From: a virus
Taxonomy: Duplodnaviria > Caudoviricetes
Length of the DNA: 24,859 nt
Direction: 5' to 3' (one strand)
IMG/VR virus record: IMGVR_UViG_3300031588_000015
Coordinates: 1 to 24,859 of that record
The notes under the pieces are model-generated. The model searched no databases, was not told the origin of the DNA, and saw only the letters and a program-made list of their open reading frames with translations. Below are positions 23,317 to 24,859 of this stretch, piece by piece; within the stretch, counting starts at the first letter, position 1; every line of letters begins with the position of its first letter. Both the position numbers and the translations under genes were made by a program.

Positions 23317-24859
23317 GATGATTCAACATAATATTCAATAGCTTGCAATTGAAAAGGGGTTGGATCTGGCACAGTAATTACTGGAGCAACTTCTATTCCC
23401 CAACCGTTGCCACCATTATTGTTTTCAATAATACCTGACTGAATTGGTAGGTTATTACCTAAAGGTGAAACTGCGGCTGTTCCAAACTCTCTTATAGGCA
23501 CAGGATTCCCATCAATAAATACGCCTGCTGACTTATAAACTCTAGCGTTAATATTAGAAATTTTCTTTTGTCGCATTTGATTTTGGCCGTTAACGCTTCT
23601 GGCTCCAGTAGTTGCTATTGGCATAGGTTTAACAGTTACGTTAAAGTTAAAACCAATTTCAACGTCAATAAAACCTGCAACGGGATTGTCTAATATAAAT
23701 TCTCTTTCTGCTGAACTTATATCAATGTATTCTTGCCCTCCAAATACTTTTACTACTCTGTCTGTTAGCTTGTTACCCCTAGCAACAACATTAACCGTAT
23801 CACCAACCAAATAATTTGCTCCTAGATACAAAGCAAAATCTGATACCGGCCCCACCTGTAGGCTGTTTGGGTTTGTAATCAATGTTGATTCATCCATCAA
23901 ATGGTCAAAACTCCACTTAACAATTGAATATCGAGTGTCAGTAGCTAATGGTCCTTCACGCTTGTTAACTAAAAACAACTCAGTCGCAACTACAGAAACA
24001 GCTTCTATCTTAATAGGATAAACACTATTAGTATTGCCGCTAATCCATTTAGTGTAACCATTAATATCTTGCGACCGTAACGTATTAAGAATTGCGGCAG
24101 TGCCGTCTTGGTTAATTATAAATACCCAATTGGCATCTTCTGATTTTGTACCAGAAAGTATGCCTAAGTCTTTAGGTTGGTCAATAAGTTGAGAAGACAA
24201 CACAGAAATATCATTACTAATGTAAGCGTCTTCATTAAAACTAAACAAGTATTGCCTTAAAGTTTTCCCATTAGCGTCTACAAATAACGTAGCACCGTCT
24301 ATTGATTGAACTTCAATATTTTTTGCGCCATGCTGTGTTTGTGACGAAATTACAATGTCGCTAGGCGTAGTTCCTTTTACCAAAAACTCTGATCCGGTTG
24401 TAAATACTTGTAACCCTCTGTCTGGATTTATGTCTACAATTTCAGTTAAACGTCTAGCAGAGATTGTTGTGAATATCCCTTCATCGTCATCACCTTCTTC
24501 GGTATAAAAATCAAAGAAAGATCCTGATCGCGAACCAAATAAACTTTGTATTTTAGATTTAGTCCCGCCTAACCAAAGCCTGCCGCTAAAAAACGCACCC
24601 ATACGCGGGTAGCCTCGATTAGCCGACCACACATCTTCTTTACGAGGTGATCCTTGTTGGGCTAATTGAAAACCAATTGTAGGAGGTGTAGCTGTGTCTC
24701 CTGTAGTTGCAAAGCCAGACCACAATACAAAATCTTTTGTTGATTCTCCAGAAACAGTAACCCTTGCAGTTGTTCCGGTAACAGCTACAGCTATTCCTGT
24801 AGTTCCAAAAATCGGCATATCTTGCAAATTAATTTGCATGTTGTTAGCCAATGTAAGAG
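23313..24859 (-). CDS. Tail nozzle / tail tubular protein B (T7 gp12-like), 5'-truncated by the window edge
   Basis: WSANRGYP....FFSGRLWLGG...LFGSRSG.FFDF beta-propeller motifs; the frame is open to the window end, so TTG 24851 is probably not the real start. Confidence 0.85.
   Translation of the reverse strand, partial: LTLANNMQINLQDMPIFGTTGIAVAVTGTTARVTVSGESTKDFVLWSGFATTGDTATPPTIGFQLAQQGSPRKEDVWSANRGYPRMGAFFSGRLWLGGTKSKIQSLFGSRSGSFFDFYTEEGDDDEGIFTTISARRLTEIVDINPDRGLQVFTTGSEFLVKGTTPSDIVISSQTQHGAKNIEVQSIDGATLFVDANGKTLRQYLFSFNEDAYISNDISVLSSQLIDQPKDLGILSGTKSEDANWVFIINQDGTAAILNTLRSQDINGYTKWISGNTNSVYPIKIEAVSVVATELFLVNKREGPLATDTRYSIVKWSFDHLMDESTLITNPNSLQVGPVSDFALYLGANYLVGDTVNVVARGNKLTDRVVKVFGGQEYIDISSAEREFILDNPVAGFIDVEIGFNFNVTVKPMPIATTGARSVNGQNQMRQKKISNINARVYKSAGVFIDGNPVPIREFGTAAVSPLGNNLPIQSGIIENNNGGNGWGIEVAPVITVPDPTPFQLQAIEYYVESS

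Overview
The whole window reads as part of an AT-rich, short-tailed (podovirus-type) phage genome with four transcription blocks. (1) 195-2260 (+): an early arm with an ArdC-like antirestriction protein, small hypotheticals and an HTH protein, ending at an intrinsic terminator. (2) 5974-2292 (-): a lambdoid pL-like recombination operon (Sak/DUF1071 annealase, YqaJ/lambda exonuclease, SSB with a DDDIPF tail, metallophosphoesterase). It also carries a membrane-anchored protein with TonB/TolA-like architecture. (3) 6138-8750 (+): an XRE regulator, a lambda-O-like initiator with internal iteron-like repeats, NinB, NinG and a 43-aa basic ORF missing from the ORF track. Blocks 2 and 3 appear to be driven by back-to-back sigma70-type promoters. 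(4) 24859-8747 (-): late genes, namely the tail nozzle (truncated by the window edge), a cupin, three ejection proteins (one with a C-terminal lysozyme-like domain), a 2267-aa repeat-built tail fibre and a 3TM holin. I see no integrase, CI-type repressor, helicase or loader, stand-alone endolysin, tRNA, CRISPR array or reverse transcriptase. The best novelty candidates are the TonB/TolA-like protein and three structured-RNA candidates: a pseudoknot after ssb, an RNase III-like stem after ardC and a pL leader stem. All family calls come from motif recognition by eye; no searches were run.
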